64,000 nucleotides of DNA, from positions 30,048,001 to 30,112,000 of the forward strand of contig CP068257.2 of NCBI GenBank assembly GCA_009914755.4, given 5' to 3'. Under the pieces are notes generated by a model. The model was not told the origin of the DNA and did no database searches. It saw only the letters and a program-made list of their open reading frames with translations. How positions within the stretch are numbered: position 1 is the first letter of the stretch; the number at the start of each line of letters is the position of its first letter. Source of the DNA: the human T2T-CHM13v2.0 reference genome, Homo sapiens. The position numbers were made by a program, and so were the translations under genes. Below, piece by piece: positions 43,642 through 60,160 of this stretch.

Positions 43642-46041
43642 CATACAGTTCAAGTTTTCTTTCTGGCCATTTCCATTACTCATTTCATGATTATTTCTGA
43701 AAATAATTTTGCTATACAAAAAGGGTGTGTTTTAAAAAAATCTGCTCTGGATGTCAAATATGCCAGCTATACCACTGCTCTCCGGTCTCTTCCAACTGGG
43801 ATTATTGACCCACATGGATTTACACCAAGAATCATCAATTACCCAAACATAAATTATAACTTTCAAGAGGTATTTGGATGGCCATCCACCTTTCACTGAG
43901 CCCTGCTGTTCTCCTCTACCCCCTAGTAAAAACCCGGGCTTCTAATTCTTAACTCCACTGCTGAGTTACACTGGTTTTCTTCCTGAATTTACTACTAATC
44001 TGGTACAGTGCACTTTACTGGAATATAGGGTTTCTGTATACTTACTTATCTATGTCTTAAAAAGCACCAATAAAAAGCTCAAACTACTCAGCAATGAAAT
44101 GTAATCAATAAACGATGCAAATATTGAACAGAATGAAGGTGATCAGGGTATAATAAATTATAATATTGTTTGTAAAATCTCTTGTAGTTCTCAAAATCAC
44201 AGCAGCACAGTATTAATTACACTTAATATTAACACAGAAATGTAGACATGTCTCTCCTAAGCTCTCAACAGATCCTGGTAAGGCCTCTTCTAACGCAAAT
44301 TTAACTATTACCCACCTCTATATTTTCTGTGGTTTGACAGAAACATAATACTAATTAATATACCAATGTTACCAAAATTTTGAACTGTTAATAGGTAAGC
44401 TGCTTATTCTGCTATATACCTGACAACACAGTGTAGTTTTCAGCTTATCATGAAAGTTGTATGCTGTTGCTCTGAAGTGTGCTAAAAAAGGATTTGGCAT
44501 ATTGTCTCAACAAATGTTATGAATAACACTAAAGGTTCATTACTGATGTAACATTTTTTCCCTACTATGTTATCAAGGTGTATTTCAAATGAGATTTGAG
44601 TGTGCGCAGATATGTACAAAAAAGTTACTTCCAATTCTGAAGTAAATTATATTTGTTCGTGCCCCATGACACAGAACAACCTACAATTTTTACAGTGGCT
44701 TCGTATGTGGTAAAGAAAACAAACAAAAAAAAACTACCAATTGTGTCATCTCTCTAGTAGGTACAGTTTTAACCTGAATTCTGTTTCACAAGGTTTAGAA
44801 ACCAACTTTTCCATTATTCTAATTGCTCTCTGAATCAATTCCTCATGTGTTCATGTAATTTTTTCTGAAACAGAATACTAGACAAAATGATAGACTAGGG
44901 AGGGAAATACTTACAACAAGAACATCAGTGATAAACCCCGCTACAGAAAGCTCTGAAGAATCACTTTATCGCAATCACTATAAAGCCAGACCAATACCCT
45001 TGTCAGAAACTAAGAATTCCCTGGGTCAAGAAAGTAGAGAAAGAAAACACTGTATAACCAACTTTCAACATTCAAAAACTCCTGGGATAACAGCACAACA
45101 TGGTCAACTTTTGCAAGGGAAATCTCCAATTTTACTGCCAATAATCGACCTGGTCCTCTACATCTTTTCCATACAGTAAAGAACTTTGAACCCTCTGTCT
45201 ACATGTCTTTAGATAAACGTCTCAGAAATGATCAAACCCCAAACATTAACACTACAGGTTAAAAAAAAAATACTTAATAAGGCATCCCCATCAGATGAAC
45301 TAAATTCTAGAAGACAATCATCCCTAGTAATCAACAATAGTCATACAGAACAATTTACAGTAAGAGAAGGGAGTACCAAGCTCCCACTAAGATGTAAAAC
45401 TCAACTCTTCCTTCAGAATAACATGATTGACAGCCCAACTGGATAAGTGTACCAATGTCAATTCGTACATTAAGTATTCATAAAGCCTAATTTATGTCCA
45501 ATTTTAAAGATAACCATGAATATACAAGTACTCGCATTTTTTTTCTGTACTGCAAAGTAGCATTATATGCATACCACCTCAGCACTGCAGTTCTCAAAGA
45601 GTAATCCAAGGACCTCTGAGAGGTCTTTGAGTCCCTTTCCGTGGTTTGAGGTCAGAACTGTTTTCATATGAATACTAAGATAGTTCTTGCCTTTTTGTTC
45701 GTTTTCTCAGAAGTATGTAGCAGTATATTCCAGAGGCTACCTGATGTGTGTTACTGCAACAGACTGAATGAAAAAGTGGAATGAGGATCCAGGTTTTATT
45801 AAACCAAAGTTTAAATGACGTGCAAAAATGCAAAATGATGTCACTCTTTATTAATTTTTTTGTTTTAGAAACGTTACTTTTCATTAAAAATGTTATTTAT
45901 ATTAACATATTGTAATAAGTTTATTGTTATTTTTAGTAAATTAATAAACACTTGCATTTCTCAGTTTAAATTTCTAATATGGTAAATATCAATAAATATA
46001 ATAACCAATAGATAGATACAAAAGCTCTCTGTGGCCCTTAA

Positions 46042-46337
<296 letters not shown>

Positions 46338-46370
46338 GTGGCCCTTAACCTTTAAGAATTTAAAAGGATC

Positions 46371-46672
46371 TAGCCAGGCATGGTGGCTCATGCCTGCAAT
46401 CCCAGTACTTTCAGGGGGCTAAGGTGGGCTAATCACTTGAGCTCAGAGGCTTGAGACCAGCATGGGCAACAGAGCCAAACCCCGTGTCTACCGAAAAAAA
46501 TTGAAAAATTAGCCAGGCATGGTGGCAGAGGTTTGTGGTCCCAGCTACTTGGGAGGCTGAGACAGGAGGATGGCTTGAGCCCAGGAGGCGGAGGTTGCAA
46601 TGGGTGGAGTTTGTGCCACTGCCCTCTAGTCTGGGCCACAGAGCCAGACCCTGTCTCAAAAAACAAATAAAT
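46371..46672 (+). mobile_element. Alu SINE (older, divergent)
   Basis: agccaggcatggtggctcatgcctgcaatcccagtactttcagggggctaaggtgggc... Confidence 0.85.
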
Positions 46673-47024
46673 GGGTCTAAAACCAAAAAGTTTGAGAACA
46701 GCTGTCCTACAGAAATTCCTACACATGCGCACCAGGAGACATGTTTGAAAAGTTCATTGCAGCCTGTCAGCAAAATATTAACTAATCTTAATAGACAGTA
46801 TTAATATTTGAGCAAACAAAAAAAGCAGGTCAAAGCTGCAGTAAGCCGTGCTGGTGCCACTACACTCCAGTATCAGAGAATATTATATATTGTTTATGGA
46901 CCACAGAGATTAATACTAAATTATTTGATTGCCTCTCCTGCAAGTGGGAGGAGGGTTGGGGTTGGAGTGAGGATGAAAGGAAGACTTTATATTTTATTTG
47001 TAAATTAAAAACACAAAATAGTAA

Positions 47025-47359
<335 letters not shown>

Positions 47360-47505
47360 CGTGCCTGGACTATTTTTGTACTTCAAATGTCTTAAAACTG
47401 CAGATGATGCAAAAAAAGTGGGAGGGGCAAGATACAATTCTTCAGGATTTAGGCAAGATGGGTTAAAGACTAAAAATACAATCAATGGGTTAAAAAACAC
47501 AATCT

Positions 47506-47812
<307 letters not shown>

Positions 47813-50800
47813 CTATTCCACAAACTTTAGCAAATTCTTCACATTCAGAAGTATATAAACTATACAACAGACACCATTAAGTATTAGCCATAATTGATAA
47901 CTGATACTTTTTCACTACCCTTTTCATCTTTCACAACACTTAATACATGTCTTGCCATAAAAATTCTCCAAATATTCTGTTAAATGGGTATCTTTAATAA
48001 CCTCTCTTATCTTCCTTTCCTTCTGTATCAGAGATGGACGTCTTTTACTACTGCTTCTGATTTGTCCCATTTCTCTTATCCATAATTTTGCTTCAAGTTA
48101 GCCATCCCCTCTTGCTGGTAAACTATGCTATTCTACACCCCCTTCCTTGAAAATGCTAAAGCCTCTACTCCCATCTAAAAGACTAGGGATTCAACACTAC
48201 TAACTAAAGCTAAAGACTTATATATATACATATAATACAAACAAACGTACTGCCTATCACCAGTGCCTAGTACATTGTTAACTGCCCTTCCTTCCCTCAT
48301 CCTTAAGCAACATTTCCCTCTAATCCCTCAAAACCAAACCTCTAAAGACTACTTTACACTAGCTACCTCTTATTTCCTTATCTCCCATCACCATTCAACC
48401 CTAAACCTCAAATCCTGTTATCCTCAAACATTTCAGTGGCCAAGTCCCCTCATACTATACAAAATATTATCTTTGGACACAATTAAATTGGAGAGATCCC
48501 AATTCAAATCCTAGTTCTGCCATTAACTAGCAATATGCCCTTAGGGGAGTTACTATTTATTATAATTTCTTGGAAAATCAGTTTCCTCATCTGTAATTGG
48601 ACGTCTATGCAGGGTTGTGGGAATACATATTAAATTAGATATGTGTACATATCTAATGCCTGACATGCCATTGGTCTTATATTAATTCCTTTTTCTCCCC
48701 CTTTCAATTTTCCCCCATCTTTCCCATCTGAACTCCTGGATGTCTCCCTCTATCTCTTAGTTGCTTCCAAGTTTAAGTCCTATAAGCCCAACTACTTGCC
48801 AAAAATTTCCACATGATTGTTCCACAATTAACCTGTTCAAAAATCAAACACATTTTCTTCTCTACTAAGTAGGCTTTTGATGACTTGTGATAAGGGTATC
48901 ACCACTCTCTCAGCCCTTAGGATGTGGGGACAAAAGGTGCTTATAAACCTATCAGATGCCAAGGTCCATGGATTCCTTTGGCCCACATCCTTTTCCTATT
49001 CTCCATTCCCACTATACACTTGCCAAGTTCAGGTTTTACTTATCTTTCCTACCAAGTCTCTGCCTCCTACAACACATAACACTACGAACGAAACAGTTTT
49101 GATTACATTATCCCACTGCTTAAAACCTTCAATGTTTACCCACAGCCTAAAACTGAAATTCAAACACATTAGGCAAACATGAAACTTGTCAGGCCCAAAC
49201 TACTTTACCATCCTTACTTTCCAGTAGCCTTCAGAATCAAAATACTCACTTTTCAGCACTACTGCCCTTCGATCACTGCTTCCTACATCTTCTGAAATCC
49301 TAAAACTGATACCTGCTCCTCTTCCCAAGCCTTCACTTATCTCCAATGGCTATGCCACACTGCAATGGAAGGATCCCAAAGGAAGCTGTTCTACCTCCTA
49401 TTAAAATTATTTGTCTAAGTCTTATGTCCTCTATTGGATTAGACTTTTAGGTGACTGAAATCCTTGGTAGCTCTACAGTATTCAGGACATGGCTGTGCAG
49501 GTGAGCAGGCACTCAAAAGTTTAAGTGAAGATCAGATCTCAGAGATTCAAGATTATATGGGGAACGAATCAAGAACATTTCATGAATGGGGAGAAATAGT
49601 TGAGAAGCACTACAAATCAAGTAGGCACAGTAAGATGAATTTTAAACTCAGATTAATTTCTCTAGAGGAGTTTTAATCTAGCAGAAGAGAGCTGGCATTC
49701 TTTGCAGTTCATAAAGACTAGGAATAGAACTGAAATGAACTGGAAAATGAACAATGATAAGAAAATGCTCATTTTGCACATTTAAAAGGTCAAATATCAC
49801 TTCCCTTTTTCAAGGAATCAATACCATTCCTAACTTTGGTTTTTCAAAGTAAAAATTACTGATTGTGCCTTTTCAGGATTAATAGAAAATACTTTGCTTA
49901 ACAATGTGCTTGATGTCAACTTCCATAATGCCTGAATCAGAATACTTCTGATCTTAAGAATAAACTAAAAATCCTCTTCTTTCATCAAAAACATTCATTC
50001 TTCCGATTCTGAAATAAATTTTTAAAATACACATTCATTGTTGGGAGAAAAATGTACTTGAAATATTTTAACTATTGTTGTGCCATTTGTTTAAATTCTC
50101 ATTCAACAATTATTTGCGAGGCACCTGTTTTGATTGGTAGAGAAGCGGGGAAAAGAACTGAAACTTCCTGCCCTCATGGAGCCAGGAGCCAACATGCCAG
50201 TGAATTCTACCTTCAGAAAACAATCAGCTTCCAACCCTGAAATGTTTGGAGCATTATCACAAATTCTCTGGCGATCAAAAACTAGGACATATTATTTTTA
50301 TTGTTTTGAAAATCATCACAACTGAACTTTTACAAGACACTGTCCAATACCAGTTGCAACTTCTGCAGTTAGGGCATTTTATGTACCCATCAATTGAAGA
50401 AAATCACTTTTAGGATAATTTATATGGCAATAAATTGTCTCAACTGCAGTGTAATTGGAAAGTCCCATATATTATGGCACTGCAAATCTAAAGGAAAGTT
50501 ATTGCACCATAATTGTTACAAGTAAACCTACAAAATCTGTGAGATGCAGCACGTTTTTAACGCCACATCCACACATCTCGAACTACAACATTTGATTTTT
50601 CAATGTTGCTTTATCTTTGGTATTTGGAAAGGGAAGACAATACAACTCAACCCATGACAATAGTTCCCATTCTGTAACTGCATTTTAAATCATCAATGGT
50701 CAAGTCTCCTCCTCCCAAATCGATTCTGACAAATAGGATGTATGGACTCTACACTCCAAAAGCAACACCTGGAATGATCAGAGAAACAACTAGAGAACTT

Positions 50801-50849
50801 TAAGGCCGCAGGCAGCTTTGTTCCCAGTTTGGAGAGGTTTTCACATGTA

Positions 50850-52700
50850 AATGTCCTCGTAGAAGGGAGCCGAGGATTAACTACCTCGGGAGGGGGTGCG
50901 AGGGTAGGGAACTGGAGGACAACGCCAGCTTTCTAGCGGACTAAGGCGGAGCGAATACTCTTCTCTCCCATTCAACTTTTTAGGCGTCACGTTGGGGCCA
51001 TAGAGCCTATAAGAGGGTTATGTTCACGACTTTAAATTATAACGAGCCACCCCCTCTCCGTTTATTAGCCCTATTTCCCAAGTGCGTGAATCCCGGAGAA
51101 GGGGGATGAACACCCTCTTCAACTCCTCCCAGACCCGGGATCAGAGTCCAGCCGTCGACGCGCCGCGGCCTGAGCAACAGGAGAGCTGAAGCCACCTCTC
51201 CGCCAGCCCCACGACCGGCAGATGCTCCCGCTCCCCCGCCCCCAACCCCACACGCCCGCCCGCGCTTCTTTCTTAGCCCTTTGCGGGCTCCCGGCACTGC
51301 GAACCCGACAACGGGGCTCGCGGAGCAGAGAGCGAGGGCGCCCAGACCCGAAAAAGGGCCAAGTTAGAGGAACAGGCACAGACTTGGGCTATGGGAGGCC
51401 GCAAGGGGGCGAGGGGAGAAGCCCGAGGTCGCGGTCCGGGGGTGGGCAGTGGGGGGAGGGGTGCGGGGTCAGTTCCCGTGGTCGCCGCGACCTCTCCCGG
51501 GCCACAGGCCCCGCTCCGCGCAGGCCCCGCCGCCCCGGAACCGGGGCAGGAAGCGTCCCCACCCGGACCAAAGCTTTAAACCTCCGGCGGCGGGAGAAAC
51601 GAGCCCCGGCTCCCGCAGCAGGCCCGGCACCCCCCTGCCCCAAACACCCCTTACCTCCTGGTTGAAGGCGTTGACGGCGTCCATGTTCGCGCTGCGGCGG
51701 CGGCTGCTCCGGGCCCGCCGGTCACATAGACCTCGCGCCGCGGCGGAGCGGGGCTGGGAAACCAGCCGGGCCTGGTGGCCGGGGGGAGGCGACGAGCGGC
51801 GGAGTCCGAGGCCCGGGCAGGAAGAGGCTGCGCCCGAAGCGGCGAGGCGGGCGGCCGAGGCAGAGGCGGAGAGGTGGCGGGCCCCCTCTCAGTCCCGTTC
51901 GCAGGATGAGGAAAAGGAGGCGGCGGCAGCGCTGGTCTTCAACATGTCCGTTTGGTGGTGGCGGCTGCGCTCTGCGTCTCGCTGACACGGCCCCCCGCGC
52001 CCTCACGCACTGGCTCACACTGGCCCGGCCGGCGAGCGGGCGGGCCTCTCTCTCCCTCTCTCCAGCGGGATGGCGGCAGCGGCCCGAGTCCACGCCGCGC
52101 GGGGCACCCTGGGACGGCTCAGGCCTCCCGGCGCTTCCTGTGCCCGGCGTTCGCCCCGCCCCGTCGCGCTGGCCCCGCCCCCTCCCCGCCTCGTCCCGCC
52201 CTGCGCCGCCCTGCACCGCCCCGCGTGCAGGGCTGCTGGCGCGTGACGCCGGGACGCTGGGCGCTTTCCCGCCGGCGGCGGCGGCGGCCGCGGCCGCGGG
52301 CCGGGGAGACGGCCTTGCAGAGCGCGGGATCCCAGGGCTGCGAGGGTGACCCAGAGCAAGCCCTGGCGCACGCGCGCTCCGCTCGACGCGGTGCTCCCGG
52401 GGTGCGTCTCTGCGAAACGCTCGGCCCTAACCGGCCCTGCACCCGGCGGGGGCGGCGGGCACTGAGCCGCTGGCTCTCGGCTGCCGCGAACAAAGGGCGC
52501 AGGATTTAACCTCGGCTCTCTGGGCGTGCCTTTGCAGGCCCTCGTGCGCTCTGCTGGGGAAAAGAAAAAAAGCTTCTGCCAATGCCAGTGCAGCTGTGTG
52601 TCCGCTGTAGTTGTGCAGGTTAATTCTGCGCGAGCGAAAACACCGAGAAAGACGTTCAGGCACTGGATATCCACGCAGGCCTTAAGGAACCCCTGTGCAG
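50850..52700 (-). promoter_or_regulatory. SCAF4: CpG island / SCAF4 promoter and 5'UTR region; TSS not determinable from sequence, probably ~51.9-52.1 kb
   Basis: Only stretch in the window with high GC and frequent CpG (e.g. gccgcggccgcgggccgggg, ccgccgcggcgcgagg). Lies immediately 5' of the first coding exon on the minus strand. No TATA box obvious, typical of a housekeeping CpG promoter. Confidence 0.75.
51655..51684 (-). CDS. SCAF4: SCAF4 coding exon 1 (CDS part): ATG GAC GCC GTC AAC GCC TTC AAC CAG GAG = MDAVNAFNQE. The exon extends 5' into the UTR.
   Basis: Reverse complement of 51655-51684 gives the ATG and 10 codons, followed by donor GTAAGG (51649-51654). Recalled SCAF4 N-terminus. 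Start of the CID/RPR domain. Confidence 0.85.
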
Positions 52701-54163
52701 CCTTGTGCCACGAGAGGAGTGGATTCACTAACTTTCACGCTGATTCCTCAAACCAAGTTGTTTCATTTTTGGCCAAAACTCTTTATGTTGATCACTTTCC
52801 TTGAGTACCTACTGTCTGCCTAGTGTTGGAGACATGGAAATAAACGATAATTGTTTTGCCTGAAAACAGCACAGTTTAGTGGAGAGGACAGACAACTGAG
52901 CAGATACTTACCAAAGCATGCTTAGTGTTAGGGCACAGGCCCTGGGAAACGAGAAAGATGCGCCTCCGACAGGAAGTCCAGGCTACATCTGGAGGGAGGA
53001 GAGGCCTGCAGAGCCTGATGAGGACTGCCACCATCACCTCCCCCGAAGGAGGACCAGCTGGAGCTGAGGAGCAAGGTGGACTGAGAGAGGAGAGTGAGAC
53101 CATAAAGAGGCTTTGCTCTTCCAGAGTTTGGATTTTGCCCCCATAAGGCAGAGGGGAGCCCTTGAAAGGGGAAGGTGGAGTGATGGATGCAGTGTTCTCT
53201 CAGAAGGATGGTGCAAAGTAGTAAGAGGAGACAGGGAAAGAATGACCCCAGCCCCCTGGGAAAATGAGGGCTGAAGGTGGTGGCGATAGAGAAGGAAGAA
53301 CAGATGTTTAGGAAGTGGAGTGGAAGGGCTGAGGCAGAGTAACTGTGAGGTTAATAAAGGGGGTGTCAAGGAGGATGCCCACAGCCTGACTTGATGAATG
53401 ACCTGGGTGGTGGGTTTATGAGTCAACGTAGGGGATTTATGGGGAAGAAGGCGTGGGTTTGAGGGAAGACAGAATGATGGTTAACACTTGTCGCTTACCA
53501 TGTGCCAACGTCTGCTGACATGCTATTCTGTACTCTCCGTAACAGGCTTCTGGGTGAGGTGTCCATTAGTAATGCCCTCATTTTATAATTCAGGGAGTGA
53601 GTTAATTAATGTGCCCAAGGTCACACAGCTGGATCATTTCCCTTTGGTGCCTGTGGAGTTTGAGCTGCGCCTGGGACAAGTAAGTGAGGATGTCTAGGAG
53701 GCAGTTGGGTAAACACTTGCAGAGTCAGGAGCGATGGCTGAGATGATAGAAATCTGGGAGTCATTAGTGCACAGCTAGTGGTGGAAGGAGCTGAAATAGA
53801 TAGGGGGAAAAAGCCCAGGAACACGGGTATGTAAGGGATAAGTTGGAGGCAAGAAGAGGTGAAGAGAGAGCTCTGAAGTGATCAGCTCTGTCTGGTGCTT
53901 GGAGTAGAAGTCCAGCAAGATAAGAATTGGAAAGTGCCTGACGGGTGCTACATGCAGGGAGCTTGTCCTGCGTGTAGGCTGGCGTGGTGAGGGCAAAAGC
54001 TAGACTGATGTGTATCAAAGAGGGGAAGGCAGGCAGGAGAAAGTTTATAGAAACTTGGCTGTGAAGGCAAGTTGTGAAGACAACAGAAAAAACCTGCAGG
54101 AGGAAGTGAGAGTGTTTGCTTGTGTGTTGTTTTGTTTTGAGATGAGAGTAATGTACTCTTTTT

Positions 54164-54323
54164 TAAAATTATTTTATTTTATTATTATTATACTTTAAGT
54201 TTTAGGGTACATGTGCACAATGTGCAGGTTTGTTACATATGTATACATGTGCCATGTTGGTGTGCTGCACCCATTAACTCGTCATTTAGCATTACGTATA
54301 TCTCCAAATGCTATCCCTCCCCC
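54164..54323 (-). mobile_element. L1 (LINE-1) 3'-terminal fragment, 5'-truncated, ~160 bp, with 16-bp target-site duplication
   Basis: The plus strand reads ttatactttaagttttagggtacatgtgcacaatgtgcaggtttgttacatatgtatacatgtgccatgttggtgtgctgcacccattaactcgtcatttagcatta.gtatatctcc.aatgctatccctccc, which is the reverse complement of the L1 3'UTR end. A T-rich tail precedes it. It is flanked by agagtaatgtactctt on both sides (54143-54158 and 54324-54339). Confidence 0.8.
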
Positions 54324-54540
54324 AGAGTAATGTACTCTTAATTACTTGTTAAAGGAACAAAGAAAGTAGTTTTCAAATTTTATTTTCGGGTCCACTCATC
54401 TTCTACTTCATTACCACTTCCTATCACTACTTTTTAATCTTCCAACTGAACTACCATTATATTTTCCAAATCCATCTTGTTTCTGTAACAGCTGTCATCC
54501 GCAAGACCACTAACATTGCATTAGAAAGTACAGACATGAG

Positions 54541-55075
<535 letters not shown>

Positions 55076-55255
55076 CTAGTTGATATTGAGATGTCACTGC
55101 CTTTTCATTCATTAATCATGTATTGAGCATGTACTTTGTGCCAGGCACTGTGCGGAAAAGCTTCCCCACTCTCCTTTCAGCCAGTCTTGGCATCTTCCAC
55201 CATATGCTTCTATGACTCCACCATAGCACCTCTTACCTTGTATTGCTGTTATCTG

Positions 55256-55286
<31 letters not shown>

Positions 55287-56382
55287 CATTATTCTGACAT
55301 GATGTGCCCCCGCTGTATCTCTACCTGTTTCTGTGAAGAGTGGCAGAACTTAAAAATGGGTCCACAAAGCCAAATGAGATCCCCCTTCCCCAATTCATAC
55401 AGTCTGCTTTCCTCTTGTGAGTCAGGGAAATAGATCTGGCTAAGGAAGGATGAAGTCTTAAGCTGGGGTTGGAAAGGGGGACTTGGGAGGAGAGTAGTGA
55501 GTTGAGCTTTGGACAGGTTGCCTTGGGACTCGGTGCTTTACAGCTATTGGGGCCTATAATGGTTGTTGAATGAGGAAGTGATAGTCCAAAGGGGGTATTT
55601 TCTGTGTACCATCCTACTGAGATTTGAATGCACAAGAAACAAGATTTGGCTTCTAAGATCCATGTGCTTGAGATAGTTAACGGATTTTGGAGGTTCTTTC
55701 CTGGATAGGATTATTTGGTTTTTATGTTGACAGTGTTTGAGAGGTCTTTTAGCAAGTAGTTGGTATCAGCTAGACTTTGGGTGCCTTGGCAGCATTTTCT
55801 AGCATTTTCCTGTTCTGAAGACAGCAGCACCTGTATCTGTTCTGGAACATCTGGTGGCCATTTGCACAGCTACTGCTGGACTTCCATCTTTATCTCTCCA
55901 GGCAGACGAGTCGAACCTTCCAATAGGAAATTTTGGGTAAATGACAAAAACTTATGAGGGTTGTCCTTTGTGAGCAGACTTTGAAGCAGTAGGAATGTAG
56001 CCTATTGAAAAGATGGCCAGAGGTTCAGAAATAAGCGTGACGGATAAAAATCAGCAAGACATTTAATACATCTGCAAACTTGCCTTCTTTCAAAGAACAT
56101 TGATTGAAACAGATTCGTTTGTTCATAATGTGGGTGTGAAAATAGTTCTGAAAAGCCATTCTAAACAAACTTATGTTTTTAAAAAGAGTAGATGAAATCT
56201 GTTTGCGGAGGAAGGAAAAGATGACATTCAGGAAGCAATGTTCTGGTTAATTCTGTGTTCTTCAAAAGCCAGCTCATTTTCTTGAAAAGAATGCTGGCCA
56301 CAATCCACAGGTATAGAGAATATGGAGAGAAAGCATCTCACGCCTGAAGAGTCCAATAAAACATTTATAGATAAGAATTTAA

Positions 56383-56686
<304 letters not shown>

Positions 56687-56705
56687 TAATTTTAAATTTG
56701 TTTGT

Positions 56706-56826
56706 GGACAGGGTCTTCCTATGTTGTCCAGGCTGGTCTTCAACTCCTGTTCTTAAGCAATCCTCCTGCCTCGGCCTCCCAAAGTGTTGGGAATATGGGT
56801 GGGAATATGAGCCACTGCACCCAGCC
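56706..56826 (-). mobile_element. Alu monomer fragment (FLAM-like) immediately after the previous Alu
   Basis: ggacagggtcttcctatgttgtccaggctggtcttcaactcctg..cttaagcaatcctcctgcctcggcctcccaaagtgttgggaatat...gagccactgcacccagcc. Confidence 0.75.
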
Positions 56827-57330
56827 TTGAAAATGAGTTCTTTCTAATGCTTTATGCCATATACTTTCTGGAGAGAGTATAAACTGGCTGTATTATATGA
56901 GACTTCTTTCTCCTTGGTCTGCTTTCCTTCTCTGGCCAGCCTCCTGGATTCAAGTCATTTGTCAGATATGTGTATCGTAAATACTTCCTCCCAGTCTGTG
57001 GCTTACCTTTTCATTATCTTGCCTCCTCCTCTCTCTGAAGCTTTCCCTGACACCTCTGTGATTCTTCTTCCTCCCCACTTAGGGATGTGACTGAACTCTC
57101 TCCTGGTTTAGAACTGCATTTCAACTGCCCACTGGGGAATTCCACATGGGGATCCCTCCATCCCCAAGGGACCCACCTGACTCCTTTTGTGCATCTTCTG
57201 TCTTCATGCCCTTTATGTTGTTGGGGCCAAAACAATGGAATGAAATGTGTGGAAAGCAGGAACTCCAAGAAGGAAGAGCTCAACGGCAGTTGGGCAATGG
57301 GATTTTAGGGAATTTTCATTTTCTTTTTAA

Positions 57331-57721
<391 letters not shown>

Positions 57722-58039
57722 TAAACATACAAGTAAGTATGCAGCAAACCTAAAATGTTCTGGATGTCATCTTAGCTATGATTGCAACAGTGAGCATATG
57801 AGTAACTAATAAAGGAAAACAATTTCTCTTCATCACTTCCTATCTTACTTAGGATTAGGAATCCAAGATTCTCTTTCCAAAATGGAAAGTATTAAAAACC
57901 AGTCTCATCTGAAGTGAAATGTCACCTTTTAGGACTAGGCCACGCCAGTCCAACATTTGCTGTTTCATTCATTCAGAAAATAAATGTGTACATCTCTTGT
58001 GGACAGGCACTGTGCTAGGTGTGTGGAATACTGTGATAA

Positions 58040-58444
<405 letters not shown>

Positions 58445-59202
58445 ATGTATACTTTCTTTAGTAAAGTGTTCAAATCGTTTGCCCTTTAAAAAAACGGATC
58501 ATTTGGAAGCTTCAATAGGAAGCTATTGAATGATATGAGTCCTTTGTCAGATATGTGTGTTGTAAACATTTCCTCACAGTCTGTGGCTTTCCTTTTCATT
58601 TTCTTTTGAAAAGCAGATGTTTTTAATTTTGATGGATATAATTTATTACTTTTTTCTTTTATGGTTTGTGCTTTTCTGTCATATTGAAAAATTTTTGCTT
58701 ATCCCCAGGATATGGAAATGTTCTCCTCTATTTTCTTCTTGACTCTTTATAGCTTAGCACTTTTGTTTAAGTCTGTGATCCATTTTGATTTAATATATGT
58801 GTATGAGATAAGATAAATATCAAGCTTCATTTTTTTACATTAGGATATCTAGTTGTTCCAGCACTATTTGTTGGAAAAAAAGATCATTTCCCCCATTGAA
58901 TTACTTTGCCTCCTTTGTTGAAAATCAGTTGACCACATATGTGTGGATCTAGTTCCACGTATGTGTACTCTGTTCCTTTATATATATCTATATACTTTTC
59001 TTGCATATACATAGCCCACTGTCTTAATTTCTCTAGTAATTCAAGTAAATCAGTTAAAGTCTCCAACATAGTTCTTTTAAAAATTGTTTTCACTATGCTG
59101 TAATCTTTGCATTTCTATATAAATTTTTAAATCAACTTGTTAATTTCAAAAAAAAAAAAACACCCCACACAACTGAAAACAAGACAAAATAGGAAGTATG
59201 CT

Positions 59203-59524
<322 letters not shown>

Positions 59525-59865
59525 CACAAATGGGTGTTAATGTTGTCAGATACCATGGCTATATTCATTGGGATGATTATGTGATTTTGTCTATTCTATT
59601 ATATTAATGAATTACTGTGATTGGTTTTTGAATGTGAAACCAACCTGGCATTCCTATAATAAAATCCACTTGGTTATGGGATATTACTTTTTTTATATGT
59701 TGCCGGGTTCAATTTGCAAAGATTCTGTCTGTCAAAATATTTCCTTCTATATTCATGAGTGGTATTGGTGGTCTCTGTTTTCCTTTTCTTGTAATGGTTT
59801 TGGTGTCGGGGTAGCTTGCTCTCATCAAATTATTTGATAAGTGCTTCTCTCCTTCCCTGTTATCT

Positions 59866-60160
<295 letters not shown>

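Noticed and set aside
51222-52728. Long overlapping ORFs on both strands (147-237 aa; Pro/Arg/Gly/Ala-rich) in the CpG island
   Set aside because: Extreme GC content suppresses stop codons. There are no splice or start context, no domain-like sequence, and the ORFs overlap each other in several frames. They are compositional artefacts of the promoter island.
53034-53426. 130-aa minus-strand ORF upstream of the CpG island (MTHKPTTQVIHQVRLWASSLTPPLLTSQ...)
   Set aside because: No start context, no recognisable domain, intergenic, surrounded by repeats. It is within the expected length range for random ORFs in 64 kb.
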